DNA from: Blepharisma stoltei ATCC 30299
Lineage: Eukaryota > Protista > Ciliophora
DNA: 64,000 nt
NCBI GenBank assembly: GCA_965603825.1
Contig: CBFDEM010000052.1
Coordinates: forward strand, 434,001 to 498,000
Direction: 5' to 3'
The notes beneath the pieces were generated by a model. It was not told the DNA's origin. It saw only the letters and a list, made by a program, of their open reading frames with translations, and ran no database searches. The stretch's first letter is position 1, and each line of letters starts with the position of its first letter. The translations under genes and the position numbers were made by a program. This document shows positions 48,367-60,192 of the stretch, in pieces.

Positions 48367-49092
48367 TTAATCTTTTACTAATTTCGCTTCGTCCTCCTCT
48401 TTTCTTTTGTTACAGCATTTCTGTATAATTACGAATTTCAACATGAAAAAGTCAACGTAAACACATAATGCTCCTAATACATATCTTTCTCTCGGAATCA
48501 CCCTAAATTTTCCTTGTGCAATCATCTTTGAATGGACAACTGAGAAAACGCCAAACCCTGCAAACATAACTGCAACGATTAGTAAGGCTAAATGCTCTGC
48601 ATGGAATATAAATATCTGAGCAGTTATGTTGACAATTGTTATCCCTAATATCCAAAAAAGGGCTTTAGGCACTTTATATGTTTTTCTTTCTACTGTCACA
48701 GATAAAAAAACTGCAAAATTAACGGTCACATATGAGGTTAACACTATAAATCCTGTCCATTGTTCAAAAAACAATGAAAAAAGTGACCCCAGCATTGCTC
48801 CTAGCCCAAGTGTAAAAAGAATTCCAAATATAGCAGACAAAATTAAGCTTTTGCCGATAGCTTCAACTTTAAAGAGAATAATTGCGATCGGGACAAGTGA
48901 AGCTTTAAAAAGCAATGCTAAGTAAAGTTTTGATTCTGAGAACTCATAGACTTCGTCTATAAAGAAAAAGAGGCAGGCTTCACCAAACACAAATAGAACA
49001 TGTACCAAGCGCAAACCTATGATTTTTCTTAGGTAAACCAGCTCTTCATTGTCAGAATGCTCCTGTGAAAGAGAGAAACTTGGATCTTTCAT
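48367..49092 (-). CDS. Bax inhibitor-1/TMBIM (lifeguard-like) membrane protein
   Basis: About 7 TM helices. C-terminal ERYVLGALCVYVDFF resembles the TMBIM EEY..AAL.LY.D motif. ATG at 49092. Confidence 0.7.
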   Translation of the reverse strand: MKDPSFSLSQEHSDNEELVYLRKIIGLRLVHVLFVFGEACLFFFIDEVYEFSESKLYLALLFKASLVPIAIILFKVEAIGKSLILSAIFGILFTLGLGAMLGSLFSLFFEQWTGFIVLTSYVTVNFAVFLSVTVERKTYKVPKALFWILGITIVNITAQIFIFHAEHLALLIVAVMFAGFGVFSVVHSKMIAQGKFRVIPRERYVLGALCVYVDFFMLKFVIIQKCCNKRKEEDEAKLVKD

Positions 49093-49329
49093 CGTTAATT
49101 TTATTATTTCGCTATTCAAATATTCCGAATAACTGACATTATCTATTTAACCACCATAAATTTACTTATCAGCCCTATTAAGCTCTAGCTCGTCGAAAAC
49201 TATCTCTTTTACATTTTTTTATTTTTCAATGAGTTCACCAGAGTATTTTTTCCAATTTAACGTTAATTCTAACTGTTAAATTCATTAGAAATTTGCTCAA
49301 GATTTTCATATTTAACATAAATCTACTGG

Positions 49330-50772
49330 TTAAAAGTTTATAGTTTTAGAAAAAGTTGCTAAACAAGCTTCTTTAATTGCTTCTGAAAACCCAGGATGTC
49401 CATGACAGGTCCTTGCAATGTCTTCTGCAGCTGCTCCGTATTCGATCCCAACAACTCCTTCCATGATGATTTCTCCAGCGTCTGGCCCAATGATATGGAG
49501 TCCTAATAGCTGGTTGGTTTCTTTATGGGCTAAAGCTTTAACAAATCCGTCCATCTCTTGGTTAGCTCTTGCTCTTGAATTAGCCATGAATGGAAAAGTT
49601 CCTTTAGTATAAGGAACATTGCTAGCTTTTAATTCTTCTTCAGTTTTGCCGACTTGAGCTACTTCAGGGTGTGTGTATACGACACCAGGGATTGCGTCAT
49701 AATTTACGTGGCCACCTTGGCCAGCTATATGTTCAGCCACAAAAACGCCTTCTTCTTCAGCTTTATGAGCAAGCATTGGCCCTCTGATAGTGTCTCCAAT
49801 TGCGTATATATGAGCATGCCTTAAAGTTTGTAAATGATCATTTACATTAACACGGCCTTGCTTGTCTCTTGATACATCAATATAGTCTAAATGTAAACCT
49901 TGAGTGTATGGCTTTCTTCCTACAGCTACAAGCACGTAGTCACAATCAATACTGTCAGGAACGTTTTTACTATCAGGAGATGCAGGCTCAATTTTTACAT
50001 GAACAGAATCAGGTTTAGCTTCTCCTCCTACTACTTTTGCACCTAAATGGAACTTAATGCCTTGCTTCACAAGAATTTTTTGCAAGCTTTGGGCGACTTC
50101 TAAATCAAGCGCTGGGGCAAGTCTATTTAAAAATTCTACCACAATGACTTCAGTACCAAGTCTGCTGTAAACGCTTCCTAATTCGAGGCCAATAACTCCA
50201 GCTCCAATCACAACCATACGTTTAGGTATCTCTTTCAAAGCCATAGCGCCTGTACTTGAAAGGACTCTATTTTCGTCAATTGGCAAAATTCCACCTGGGA
50301 CTTGGCTTGGCTCAGATCCAGTAGCAATAAGAATATTTTTCGCTCTTATCGGGCTTGCATTATCAATGGTCAAAGTATTCGGGTCTTGGAAAGCTCCTGC
50401 ACCTTTAAGATAAGTGACGCCATTTTTCTTAAATAATCCTTCAACTCCTCGTGTTAATCCAGAGACTGCTTGTTCTTTATTTTTCATCATTTGGGGAAAA
50501 TCAAGCTTTATGTTGTCAAATGAAATCCCGTGGTCTTTGAAATGTTTCTGGGCTTCGTAGAATTTGTGGGAAGAGTTCAATAGCGCTTTTGCTGGGATGC
50601 AGCCGACATTTAAACAAGTTCCTCCTAAAGTGCCTCTTTTTTCAATGCAGGCTGTTTTAAGACCGAGCTGAGCTGCTTTTATAGCTGCAACATAGCCACC
50701 AGGACCGCCGCCAATGACTGCTAAATCATAATCGAAGCTTGCAAAAGCACGCCTAGTTAGTCTACCAAGCAT
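49330..50772 (-). CDS. DLD: Dihydrolipoamide dehydrogenase (E3), mitochondrial
   Basis: GGGPGGYVAAIKAAQLG, GGTCLNVGCIP, GPMLAHKAEEEG, HPGFSEA, plus a presequence. Confidence 0.98.
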   Translation of the reverse strand: MLGRLTRRAFASFDYDLAVIGGGPGGYVAAIKAAQLGLKTACIEKRGTLGGTCLNVGCIPAKALLNSSHKFYEAQKHFKDHGISFDNIKLDFPQMMKNKEQAVSGLTRGVEGLFKKNGVTYLKGAGAFQDPNTLTIDNASPIRAKNILIATGSEPSQVPGGILPIDENRVLSSTGAMALKEIPKRMVVIGAGVIGLELGSVYSRLGTEVIVVEFLNRLAPALDLEVAQSLQKILVKQGIKFHLGAKVVGGEAKPDSVHVKIEPASPDSKNVPDSIDCDYVLVAVGRKPYTQGLHLDYIDVSRDKQGRVNVNDHLQTLRHAHIYAIGDTIRGPMLAHKAEEEGVFVAEHIAGQGGHVNYDAIPGVVYTHPEVAQVGKTEEELKASNVPYTKGTFPFMANSRARANQEMDGFVKALAHKETNQLLGLHIIGPDAGEIIMEGVVGIEYGAAAEDIARTCHGHPGFSEAIKEACLATFSKTINF

Positions 50773-51024
50773 ATTTATGATGATGGTAATTAAAGGAATA
50801 GCGCTGTATCAATAAATTTACTGTATTTAAATACTGATTTTTTGCGAAATTATTATGTAAGGGAAAAATAAACTTCTAAAATTAATAAATTTTGATATTT
50901 TAGGCAGAATTATTTAAAATAAATAGTAGCTGAGTTTAAATGAAGGGTTTTTTATTATTGAATAAAATCTAATTTGTAGTAAACAACAGTTACTTTATAA
51001 TTCGTGATAGCAAATATCAAAAAT

Positions 51025-52002
51025 ATGACAAACATAATGATTGAACCATTGGAAAAATCCCCAATGCTTAAAATGTACTCCCGAATCGGGAAGGCTTCTC
51101 TTCACCAATACACCTCTCTTTTCACCAAAATTTATAATACCCGCAGCTCAGACTCCACAAACGAAAATCAAAATCTTGATGATGTCTTAAAAAAAATTTC
51201 CGAAAAACAAGAAGCAGACACAAGAAGAAAAAGACAATCCCAGCCAAAGCCGAGCTCAGCGTTTACATCAGTATCAAGAGAAACATATTCGTCAATAGGA
51301 AGCCGAGCTAGAGTAGTCCCTGATCCTGGATGGTATAATCCTTCATATGAGCTTACATCTTCACATGTATTATCAGTCCCTAAATTTAAGACAAGGAAAA
51401 ATCGTTCAAGAAATAAATGAGAATCATTAAAATCGTCAATGCTTGACCATCAATCAGGAAGCCTAACTGAAAGAAACAGTCAAAATGAGACTAGTGACAA
51501 CTATGAGCTTACTGAAAGACCTAAAGATAAAGTAAAATGTGGGATTAAATTTGATTTACAGCTGAGTCGGCCGCCGTTTGCAAGCGGAAAAGGGCCTCCA
51601 CATCCTAGTAGGTTTAGCTATAACCCAAAGTCGACTATGGTGTCTTCTACAGTGAACTTTAAAAAAATGCTGGATAGGGAGGATTTTTATCATTCTAAAA
51701 AAAAGAAATTGATGAACCCGAATTTTTTATTGCTGAATTCTAAACTTGCGAGAAAAATTATTGATTTTTCTCCCCAAAGGGTGGATACAGGGTTAGGGTT
51801 GCAAAGGAGAAGCTCGATGGAAAATTTTAAACTGAGCTCGAAAAAGAAAAAATTGCATAAAAGAGTCCTCAGCGTACCAATTATTGAGAAATTTGACCCT
51901 GGCTGTAAATTACTTTTTAACAGGAATCCAAATAGAGAAACAGATAAACTGTGTTTTGAGAAATTCGAAAGTGCAATAATAAAATTGTCAAAAATCGAAT
52001 AA
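51025..52002 (+). CDS. Hypothetical basic protein
   Basis: Two ORFs in one frame joined through TGA 51418. One PGP/SHIPPO-like motif, VPDPGWYNP. Confidence 0.7.
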
Positions 52003-52072
52003 AAAATATTTATAAATAATAAAGTTTTTGAAGCCTTATATAATTCTAATAGAATCAACAAAATAAGAAAAA

Positions 52073-52725
52073 TGGACTCATTTATTTTATAGTTCTGACT
52101 TTAATAATATTGCCATTGATTATTTTTAAACAAGATTTAATAGGTCATTAGCAGAACCTGGATATTGAATAAGCGTAACGTAAGAAATTGCTGCACTTTT
52201 CTGCCCAATTTTAGGTCGGCTAATAGATAAAATAGGAAATAGAGCTGTGCTAATTTTATTTGTGCATGCCTGATGATAATTGTCCATATAATTTTGTATC
52301 GTTGCTTGCTTGTGATAAGTGCATTTGGGGTGGGCTCGGCTTTTTTACTAGGATTTGGGTATTCTATATATGTATCTGTGATTTGTCCTTCTATTCCATA
52401 TATAGTTGAACCAAAATCAATAGGAACAGGATTTGTGGTATTTGCATCAATGAAAAATGCAGGCCTGAGTTTTTGACTAATGGTAGTTGGAGAAATTCAT
52501 GACAGCCAAGCAGCTAGCATGACTATATGCGATTCTCAATTTTATTTATTTCATGGGAGTTATAGGGCTTCTCATTGCAAGCTTATTGTGGATAGTTGAT
52601 AAAAAGCATGGGGAAGTGCTTGATTCGGAAAATCGTAAACTAGAATAATTAATTATTCAGAAAATACTCTAGGAGATGAAGTAAAGGAGAGCGAAATGCC
52701 AAAAGATATTGCTTCAGGTCAATAA
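52073..52725 (+). pseudogene. Decayed MFS transporter (MFSD1-like), C-terminal half
   Basis: FNNIAIDYF*TRF..SVT*EIAALFCPILGRLIDKIGNR, then a frameshift to LLGFGYSIYVSVICPSIPYIVEPKSIGTGF..MKNAGL, then another frameshift to GVIGLLIASLLWIVDKKHG. No 5' half is present. Confidence 0.75.
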
Positions 52726-53317
52726 CTATTTTTTGATTCTTTTAACAATCTATTAAATTTCTAATGATGATTAGCAATGATTCAAAAATTTATAAAAAAA
52801 TTAAAATTACTAAACTATAAATTTTCACTAATATTATAATTATGAATAATTATTTTTAAATTATTCGAGAATAATTAATTTGTGTTAAAATTGTTAAATA
52901 ATTTGGTGTTCTAAATGCTTATAAAAAATTATGTAAATGGACTTCTTAATAAATTGCATTTAATTGTATCGACATTTTTTTTTATTCTTCCAGTTTAACT
53001 ATTAACTGAGTGTATTAAAATCCTTCAAATTTCAAAATTAATATTAATTAATTGTATTAGATATTTAACTAATGTAAAAAACAATAAATTTTGTCTTATT
53101 ATGTCTTTGATTTTTTATTTTTTATGGTATTTACTTCTAAATACGCCTCCCATAAGAAATGCTAATTATAAGGTATCTAAACATCTAAATATGAAAAGAT
53201 TCTAAGTAATTATAGCTTGCTTGCTCAGCTGTTTCTTAATAAATTTGTTCCTTTATTCTACCATTTTCTTTGCATAAATTGTTCAGTCAAGCCAGCTTTA
53301 TATTTTTTAATCATAAA

Positions 53318-53809
53318 ATGAAGCTGTTTTATTTTTGTACCATAGAGGGCTGCACAAGAAAATATTCAGACAAGTTCAATTTATCCAGGCATATAGATGC
53401 TTTTCACAAAGGTGATAAAAAGTACGAGTGCCCAACTTGTCATAAAGTTTTGTCTTCGAAGCAAAATTTAAAGGAGCATGTTTTCACCCATTCCGGTGAC
53501 AAGCCTTATCAATGTCTAGAATCTGGCTGTGGGATGAAGTTTAGACAAGGAAGTCAGCTGTCCGCTCATAAGAGGATCCATATTGCGGTCCAGAAATATT
53601 CATCAAAGATTGGAGAAAATTCATCAGCGATACAAAAAGAAAGACCAAAAAATTGACTAGCAAATTTTGTGGAAAAAACTGAGCAATGCAATATAGATGA
53701 TATAAAGCAGCTAGAAGGAAATGAAATACCTGCACTTCCAACGATAGGAAATGCACAAAATTTCACCAGTTTGCCAACTTATATTTTATATTCGTACAAT
53801 AATTACTAG
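53318..53809 (+). CDS. C2H2 zinc-finger protein (3 fingers)
   Basis: CTIEGC..HIDAFH, CPTC..HVFTH, linker SGDKPY, CLESGC..HKRIH. Read through TGA 53654 to TAG 53807. Confidence 0.92.
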
Positions 53810-54658
53810 TATAAAATAACCAGCTTTTTATTGCATTAATGTCTCGATAAATTAATTCATTTTATGTTTATTTTAGTAGTTTAATAAGGAAGGCAATGAT
53901 ATAAACAAAAAATTTAAATCTTGTTTTCAATATAAAAATGTTTATATAACAAAATTCCAGAAAATGACAATTTTAAAAAATATCAAAAAATTGGGCAATT
54001 ATCTTTTTATTCATAGAACTTGTTTCAACTAAACCGATTCGGTTTTAGGCGTATTAAAGTGATAAAATCTCAACTAAAACTGAAAAAAAACGGGGAGAAA
54101 GGGGTAAGAGTGGGATCACCGTTATATCTTTGGAATGTCGGGGAAACTCTAAAGCTATGGCATATTTTTGACTGAGAGCTGGCTCGAACTTGAAAGAATA
54201 GTTTTGGAGAAGCATCGGAATCAAGTTGAGATAATAAATGGAGACTCTCGGAGATTTATTAGAGGAATTAGTAAGGATAGTGTATCTTTTGAGAAAATAT
54301 TGACCCAATAATGGGCTGTAAATGCTAAAGTATTTATGTATCTTTTTATTCTAAAACTAACTTAATAATTATGATTTTTTAAATTTATTAATCTTAGTGT
54401 AAGACAATGAAAGTGTTAAGATTACGAATAATAGTAGCAAGCAACTTTATAGTAATACTCATGCTTTGTTAAATTTGATTTGAAATTACCAAAATATTTT
54501 CCATGCTTAAATAAAGTTTTTAATAATTTTTTAAAATATTAAAATTGTTTTTCATTTATAAAATATATTAATTCAAATTTACTATCAAAATATATAATCA
54601 TATTTATATGCCCAATTTGGCGGTATGCAATTAACATAAAAATCTCAATAAAATAAAA

Positions 54659-55828
54659 ATGGGAGCTAAGTGCTCATGTTATAAACAAGAATCGTTTAAA
54701 GAAAGCCAAATTACTATCGAAAAGCCAATTGGCGGAGTAAAAGACACAAGCTACGACTACATTCATCCTTCCACACCTGAAACTAAGCCCCAATCTCCTA
54801 TAAAGATGAACCTTTCCGACCTAATTAAATTGCAAAATATCGCCAGAGGGTACATTGCCCGACGTCAAATAAAATCTGTTAAAGGCAGCCAAATAACCCA
54901 AGTCCAATTTCCATCTCAATCAGAACATTCAAAAGAACCATCTCCAGACAATCTTTCAAAATTCCAAGACATCCCTTACAAGCCTCCTATTAGAACAGAA
55001 TTAAAGCCAGCTCCAGAATCCAAAACTCGTGAATATTATAATAAATTTGTAGAGACCGCAGAGCGAAATCTAGGCACCTACACAACAGGGGAAATTTTTG
55101 ATGACCCCACACCTCGGATTGAGCGAGGTCCAATTGAAATTGAAAATAAAGCCATTTATACAGGTGAATGGAACGACAAAAACCAACGGTATGGCTTTGG
55201 CATGCAGATATGAAATGATGGTTCTAAATATGAAGGATTATGAAAAAATGACATGGCAAATGGAAAAGGAAGGCTAATACACGCTGATGGTGACGTGTAT
55301 GAAGGAGAATGAAAAAATGATAAAGCCCATGGATTCGGGCTTTATACACATACTGACCTTACAAGATATGCCGGGAAGTGAGAAAATGATAAACAGCATG
55401 GAAAAGGGGTAGAAACTTGACCAGATGGAGCGAAATATGAAGGAGATTATTTTTACGGAAAAAAACAAGGATATGGAAAATTTCGATGGGGAGATGGGAG
55501 TATCTATGAAGGAGAATTTTATAATAATAATATACATGGAAAAGGAGCTTATAAATGAAGTGATGATAGGAAGTATAGTGGGGAGTGAAAGGATAATAAA
55601 ATGCATGGAAGAGGAGTTTTTACCTGGCCGGATGGGAGGAAATATGATGGGGAGTATATTGAAGACAAAAAGCAAGGGTTTGGAGTTTTTAATTGGCCTG
55701 ATGGAAGAAAATATGAAGGATATTGGTTTAACGGCAAACAACATGGAAGGGGTAAGTATTGGACTGCACAAGGAGTCGCGAGAGAGGGAGAGTGGAAAGA
55801 GGGGAAAAGGGTAAAATGGGATATTTAA
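54659..55828 (+). CDS. MORN-repeat protein with IQ motif and N-terminal acylation motif
   Basis: MGAKCSC and IQ motif [12 protein letters not shown]. About 9 MORN repeats with seven TGA codons at Trp positions (55211, 55241, 55310, 55379, 55418, 55556, 55586). Confidence 0.95.
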
Positions 55829-55857
55829 TATTAAATTTAATAAAAAGGGCGTGTTTA

Positions 55858-57102
55858 ATGAAGAGATCACTTAGTGACAGATATCAAAACATATCAGAGC
55901 TTGAGCAGTCATTGGCAAAAATCAAAATGCAGGGAATCCAAGCAGTTTCACAGACGACTTTGGCTTCATTGAGACGCAAGTATGAGGCTCTTCAGTATCA
56001 ATCTAACTTGACAACTTTAAATTTCATATATGAAGAGTGTGTGTCTTTAGCACAAGAAATCATTTCCAATCCAAAATCAGAGAGAAATAACACAAATATA
56101 CCAAACTATGACTCTTTGGTTGAAGAAATCCAAGCAAAACTAGAGAATTCAAAGCAAATTCTTGAAAATACTAGAGAAATTGATAGGATTTCTAATGAAG
56201 CATTTTTTAGTGTGGAACTGATTCAGAGTCAAATATCGAAAATTGAAAGAGAAATCAACAAACTAAAAGAGAACGAATTAGAGTCTAAAAGAAAAATCAT
56301 GGATTTAGCACCTTTGGAATATGAAAATAGAGAAAAATTAAATGAGTTAAAAAGGGAAAAAAGCAGGTTGGAATTAAGATTAAAAGAAATAGAAAATCAT
56401 GTTGAGGATAAAATGATAGAGCCAAATACAGAAATTTATATAGAAAAAATCGAAAAAATTGAAGCGTGTTTAAAAAATAGGGAAAATAAAATTGTCCAGC
56501 TTGAAGAGCAAATCCATTTCAAAGAAAAAGAAATTTCTAACCTTGTAATTTTAAAATAGAAAACCTCATATATTTCTATAAGTGGCGCAACCAATAAATT
56601 GCAACAAGATGCTAATGATCTCTACAAAGCATTTGATACCGCTTTAAGTCTTGGCTTAAGCATTAAATGTGACACTAATAAACTAAAAAACGAGCTAGAA
56701 ACCAAAGAAAAGCAGCTGGAACTGATGAAATCTCAATATGAAACACGAAAAATGGAAATTGAAGACCAACTGTCAGAAATTTTTAAAATAGAAGAAAATA
56801 TCCCATGCATTGAGTCAGAAATCCAACGGAAATCGTCAGTCTTACAGAGTGTATGCATAATATAGATGAAAAATGATTTCTCTACAAAAAATAGCCAATT
56901 TCAAGAACTAAAAGATAAATTCAGCTCTACAAGAAAACCATTCTATGAAGCTTTATTTGAGAAAGCCAAGTCTGAGATTGAAAAGAAACAGAGTCAAAAA
57001 GTAAGAGAAAATTAGCTTGAAAAAGAAAAAGCGAAAATAAGGGAGGCGAAAGAAGTGGAGAAAAATAAAGAGTTCATTAAAATCCAAAATAGATATAGAT
57101 AA
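55858..57102 (+). CDS. Coiled-coil protein (3 micro-introns)
   Basis: ATG at 55858. Each of three apparent TAG stops is the 3' end of a 15-nt GT..AG intron. Ends at TAA 57100. Confidence 0.82.
56545..56559 (+). other. 15-nt intron GTAATTTTAAAATAG
   Basis: Phase 0, terminal TAG in frame, A at position 10. Confidence 0.88.
56851..56865 (+). other. 15-nt intron GTATGCATAATATAG
   Basis: Phase 0, terminal TAG in frame, A at position 10. Confidence 0.85.
57001..57015 (+). other. 15-nt intron GTAAGAGAAAATTAG
   Basis: Phase 0, terminal TAG in frame, A at position 10. Coiled-coil coding continues after it. Confidence 0.8.
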
Positions 57103-57643
57103 GCATATATTAGTTGATTAGATAATCTGTCTTTAGCGTCAAATACCACATCTCTTCCAGCTTTGATTCCTGCCAATTGATCATTGGTGACTATCTGGCT
57201 TATTATGAATGATCCTTAAGTTTCAGATGCTCTGGGCTGTATAGTGTTTTTATAATCTGGTGCATAAATTGCTTATGGCAGAATATGCATTTTTAAAAAT
57301 TGGCATGCAAGTTTTCCAAAATTGGAATCTATATGTGTTTCAAGCAATCAATCAGAGCATTAGTTAAGATTCTTAGGGCTTAGGCACCTAAAGTTCAGTT
57401 TATAGCAGTTGGCGTTGAGACCTTTCACAAAAAAATTTATTCATCTTAAAGCAAATTCACAGTCTTCAAACTGAAGCTCTTGCTCATTTATCATATAGCT
57501 GATAAAATCACTGGATAAAACCTTGCCTCAGAATCAAAAAAAGCCAGACTATTTTTTTGATCGGAAGAGTAGAAAATTCAAAAACTTAATTTTATTAATA
57601 AATAAAGATTTTTCTTCTTATGAAATCATTAATTTAATAAAAT

Positions 57644-59260
57644 ATGGCTGCACTAGTAGTAGAATCAATCCTTTGCACTATTCTTGTAAGTATTTTTATG
57701 GTACTAAGCGTTTACATCCCAACATGAAAAGTAATTTTTATTCAGATAAACTATTTCCATGAATCTGGCATTATCATTATTATAGGCATTTGCATTGGTT
57801 TATTTATGGACGGAGTAACTATTATACAGATAGGCGATCCTTTAGCCAAATTTAACAGCCAAATTTTCTTTGATTTTATGCTTCCTTTTTTAATTCTATC
57901 AAGTGGCTATAACATGAAAAGGCGTCGTTTTTTTGCAAACATTGGTATTATATTATTGCTTGGAATTATCGGGACTTTATTTCAATTTATCCTTGTAAGT
58001 TTATCTGCTTACTTATTTAGTTTAGGAGGAGCTTTAAAAGACTTAGAAGGCCAAACCTATCATTTTTCGCCGAAAGAAGCTATAGCTATAGGAGCACTTT
58101 TGGCGTCTTCTGATAGTGCTTGTGTATTGGCATTAGTAAATGAATCAAAAGCACCTAAATTACACTCAATTATTTTTGGAGAATCAATTATGAACGATGC
58201 AATGTCTATTTTACTTATCCATACACTTCCTATGGTTAGTTTAACAAGTGTTTCTGCGTCAGAAGTTTTTGTGTTTTTAGGGGTTTTCTTATATTACGCT
58301 GTGACTAGTATTCTATTGGGAATATTTTTTGGAGTAGTTTCTGCCATTTTAACAAGGAATTTTGAAATATTAAGGGAAGATCCAAGCAAGTCTATAGCCC
58401 TGCAGCTATATGTATCACTTATGAGCTATATGTGTGCACAGGCATTAGGATTGGCTGAAAACGTCACTTTAATGGTATGCGGAATTATCTCAGGACATTA
58501 TGCCTGGCATAATTTAGGCAAAACTTCGAAAATTGTAGCGTCAAATGGAATTTCTTTTATTGGGGATGCTGCAGAAGCTTTGATTTTTTCGTATTTAGGC
58601 TTGACAGCATTTTCATATAAAAATGATCATATTGACTTTATATATATTTTTACTATAATCTGCTCAATATTGATAGCAAGGCTACTAAGCACTGTTTTGC
58701 TATTGTGGGCAGCTAGAATAGTTACAAAAAGCAAATTTCACATGACAAAGCGAGCTATTTCTATTGTATGGATGGGAGGGCTTATTCGAGGAGCTGTCGC
58801 ATATGCTCTTGCATTGGATCTAGACTATAAAGATAAAAAAATGATCACAATTACTGTTTTAGGTGTTGTTATTACAACTGCTGTTATCTTTGGGTCTTTA
58901 TTGCCATTATGAGTCGCGAAAATAAAGCCAGATGGCTTAGATATTGTTTCTGTGGCTAATGAAATTAGGGATGAGTCCTTAAGTATGTCAGTTTTTGGCA
59001 AAAGGAAAAGCCTTTATATCACAAAAGAAGAAGTTTTGCCTAAAAATTGAATACATAGACATTGGAAAATAATTGATGAAAAATATATTAAGCCTTGTCT
59101 AATTCATCCTGATCCTTTAAAGACACATTATCGAGAAGTAGAAGAGCTAAATGAAAGAATGCAAGAAGCCGTTGAAATGAGCATGGAATCGATTTCTATG
59201 TCTTTTAAAGAGAGAAATTCCCAAGACACTTCAGCTTTTTTTGGGAGAGAAATGAATTAA
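57644..59260 (+). CDS. Na+(K+)/H+ exchanger, CPA1/NHX family
   Basis: FHESG, IFFDFMLPFLILSSGYNMKRRRFFAN, IIFGESIMNDA, WMGGLIRGAVAYALA, HRHWKIIDEKYIKP. TGA at 57725, 58910 and 59048. Confidence 0.93.
57731..57745 (+). other. Probable stop-free in-frame 15-nt intron GTAATTTTTATTCAG
   Basis: Consensus match. Removal gives W-K-INYFHESG, a plausible NHX TM1-TM2 loop. Confidence 0.72.
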
Positions 59261-59358
59261 TAATATTCATTTGTAGTATCTTTTACTAGCTTTATATCAG
59301 TTCTTTATAAATAATGGAGATTTTTATATTAAAAAATATACAAATCTCATCATTATAA

Positions 59359-60174
59359 ATGTTCTTACATAAAGTGATATTAAAAAGCAGACTCTGAAGA
59401 CTTTTTTCAGATATCAACTTTTCAAAAGATTATTACAAAGTTCTTGGGATACCTAAAACTGCTAGTAAAGCAGAAATAAGAAAGGCTTATTTAAATCTTG
59501 CCAAAACACATCACCCAGATACAGCAACTGGAAATGAAGAAAAATTCAAGCAGATCGGAGAAGCGTATGAAGTTTTAAGTGACGAAAACACAAGGAAGCA
59601 ATATGATGCTGGCCCAAAAAAATCAACAGAATATTCTCAATATTCAGACACAAAATCACAATATAGAAAGCAAAGCTCATATAACTGAAGCAATAGCTCA
59701 GATCAGCAGAATTATCAGTATTATTGGTATTCTTCTAGTAAAAGCCAAAACTCATGGAGATCAAATGAAGGATTTTATAATCAAGATTGAGACAAAGATA
59801 AAGGGCAAACATTTTCAGGGGATTGATACAAAAAACAGACCTTTCAGAATAGAAAAAACTACTATAAAGAAAGAAAAAACCAAAAAAGATATGAAGAGCA
59901 ACAAAATTATAATAAGGACTATGATTATGATTATAGAAGAACTGGTAAATCTTATCCGAGCAGTAAACAAATTATTTCAATTAATATTTGACTGATTTTA
60001 TTGTCAGGCTTAATTATTGTTTTACTGTATAAGAAGCCAAGAAATAATGTGGATTATTATAGAAATGACTATGAAAACCAAAATTGCCCTTATGAGAAAT
60101 CTAGCCCAAAGCCAAATGTATTTAAAGACCAATTAAATTTACTGAATTTAAATACAACACCTAAGGATAAATAA
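59359..60174 (+). CDS. J-domain (DnaJ) protein with C-terminal TM helix, probably mitochondrial
   Basis: Missing from the ORF track because of five TGA codons. [55 protein letters not shown]. Confidence 0.92.
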
Positions 60175-60192
60175 TTGCTATTTTAATCATTT

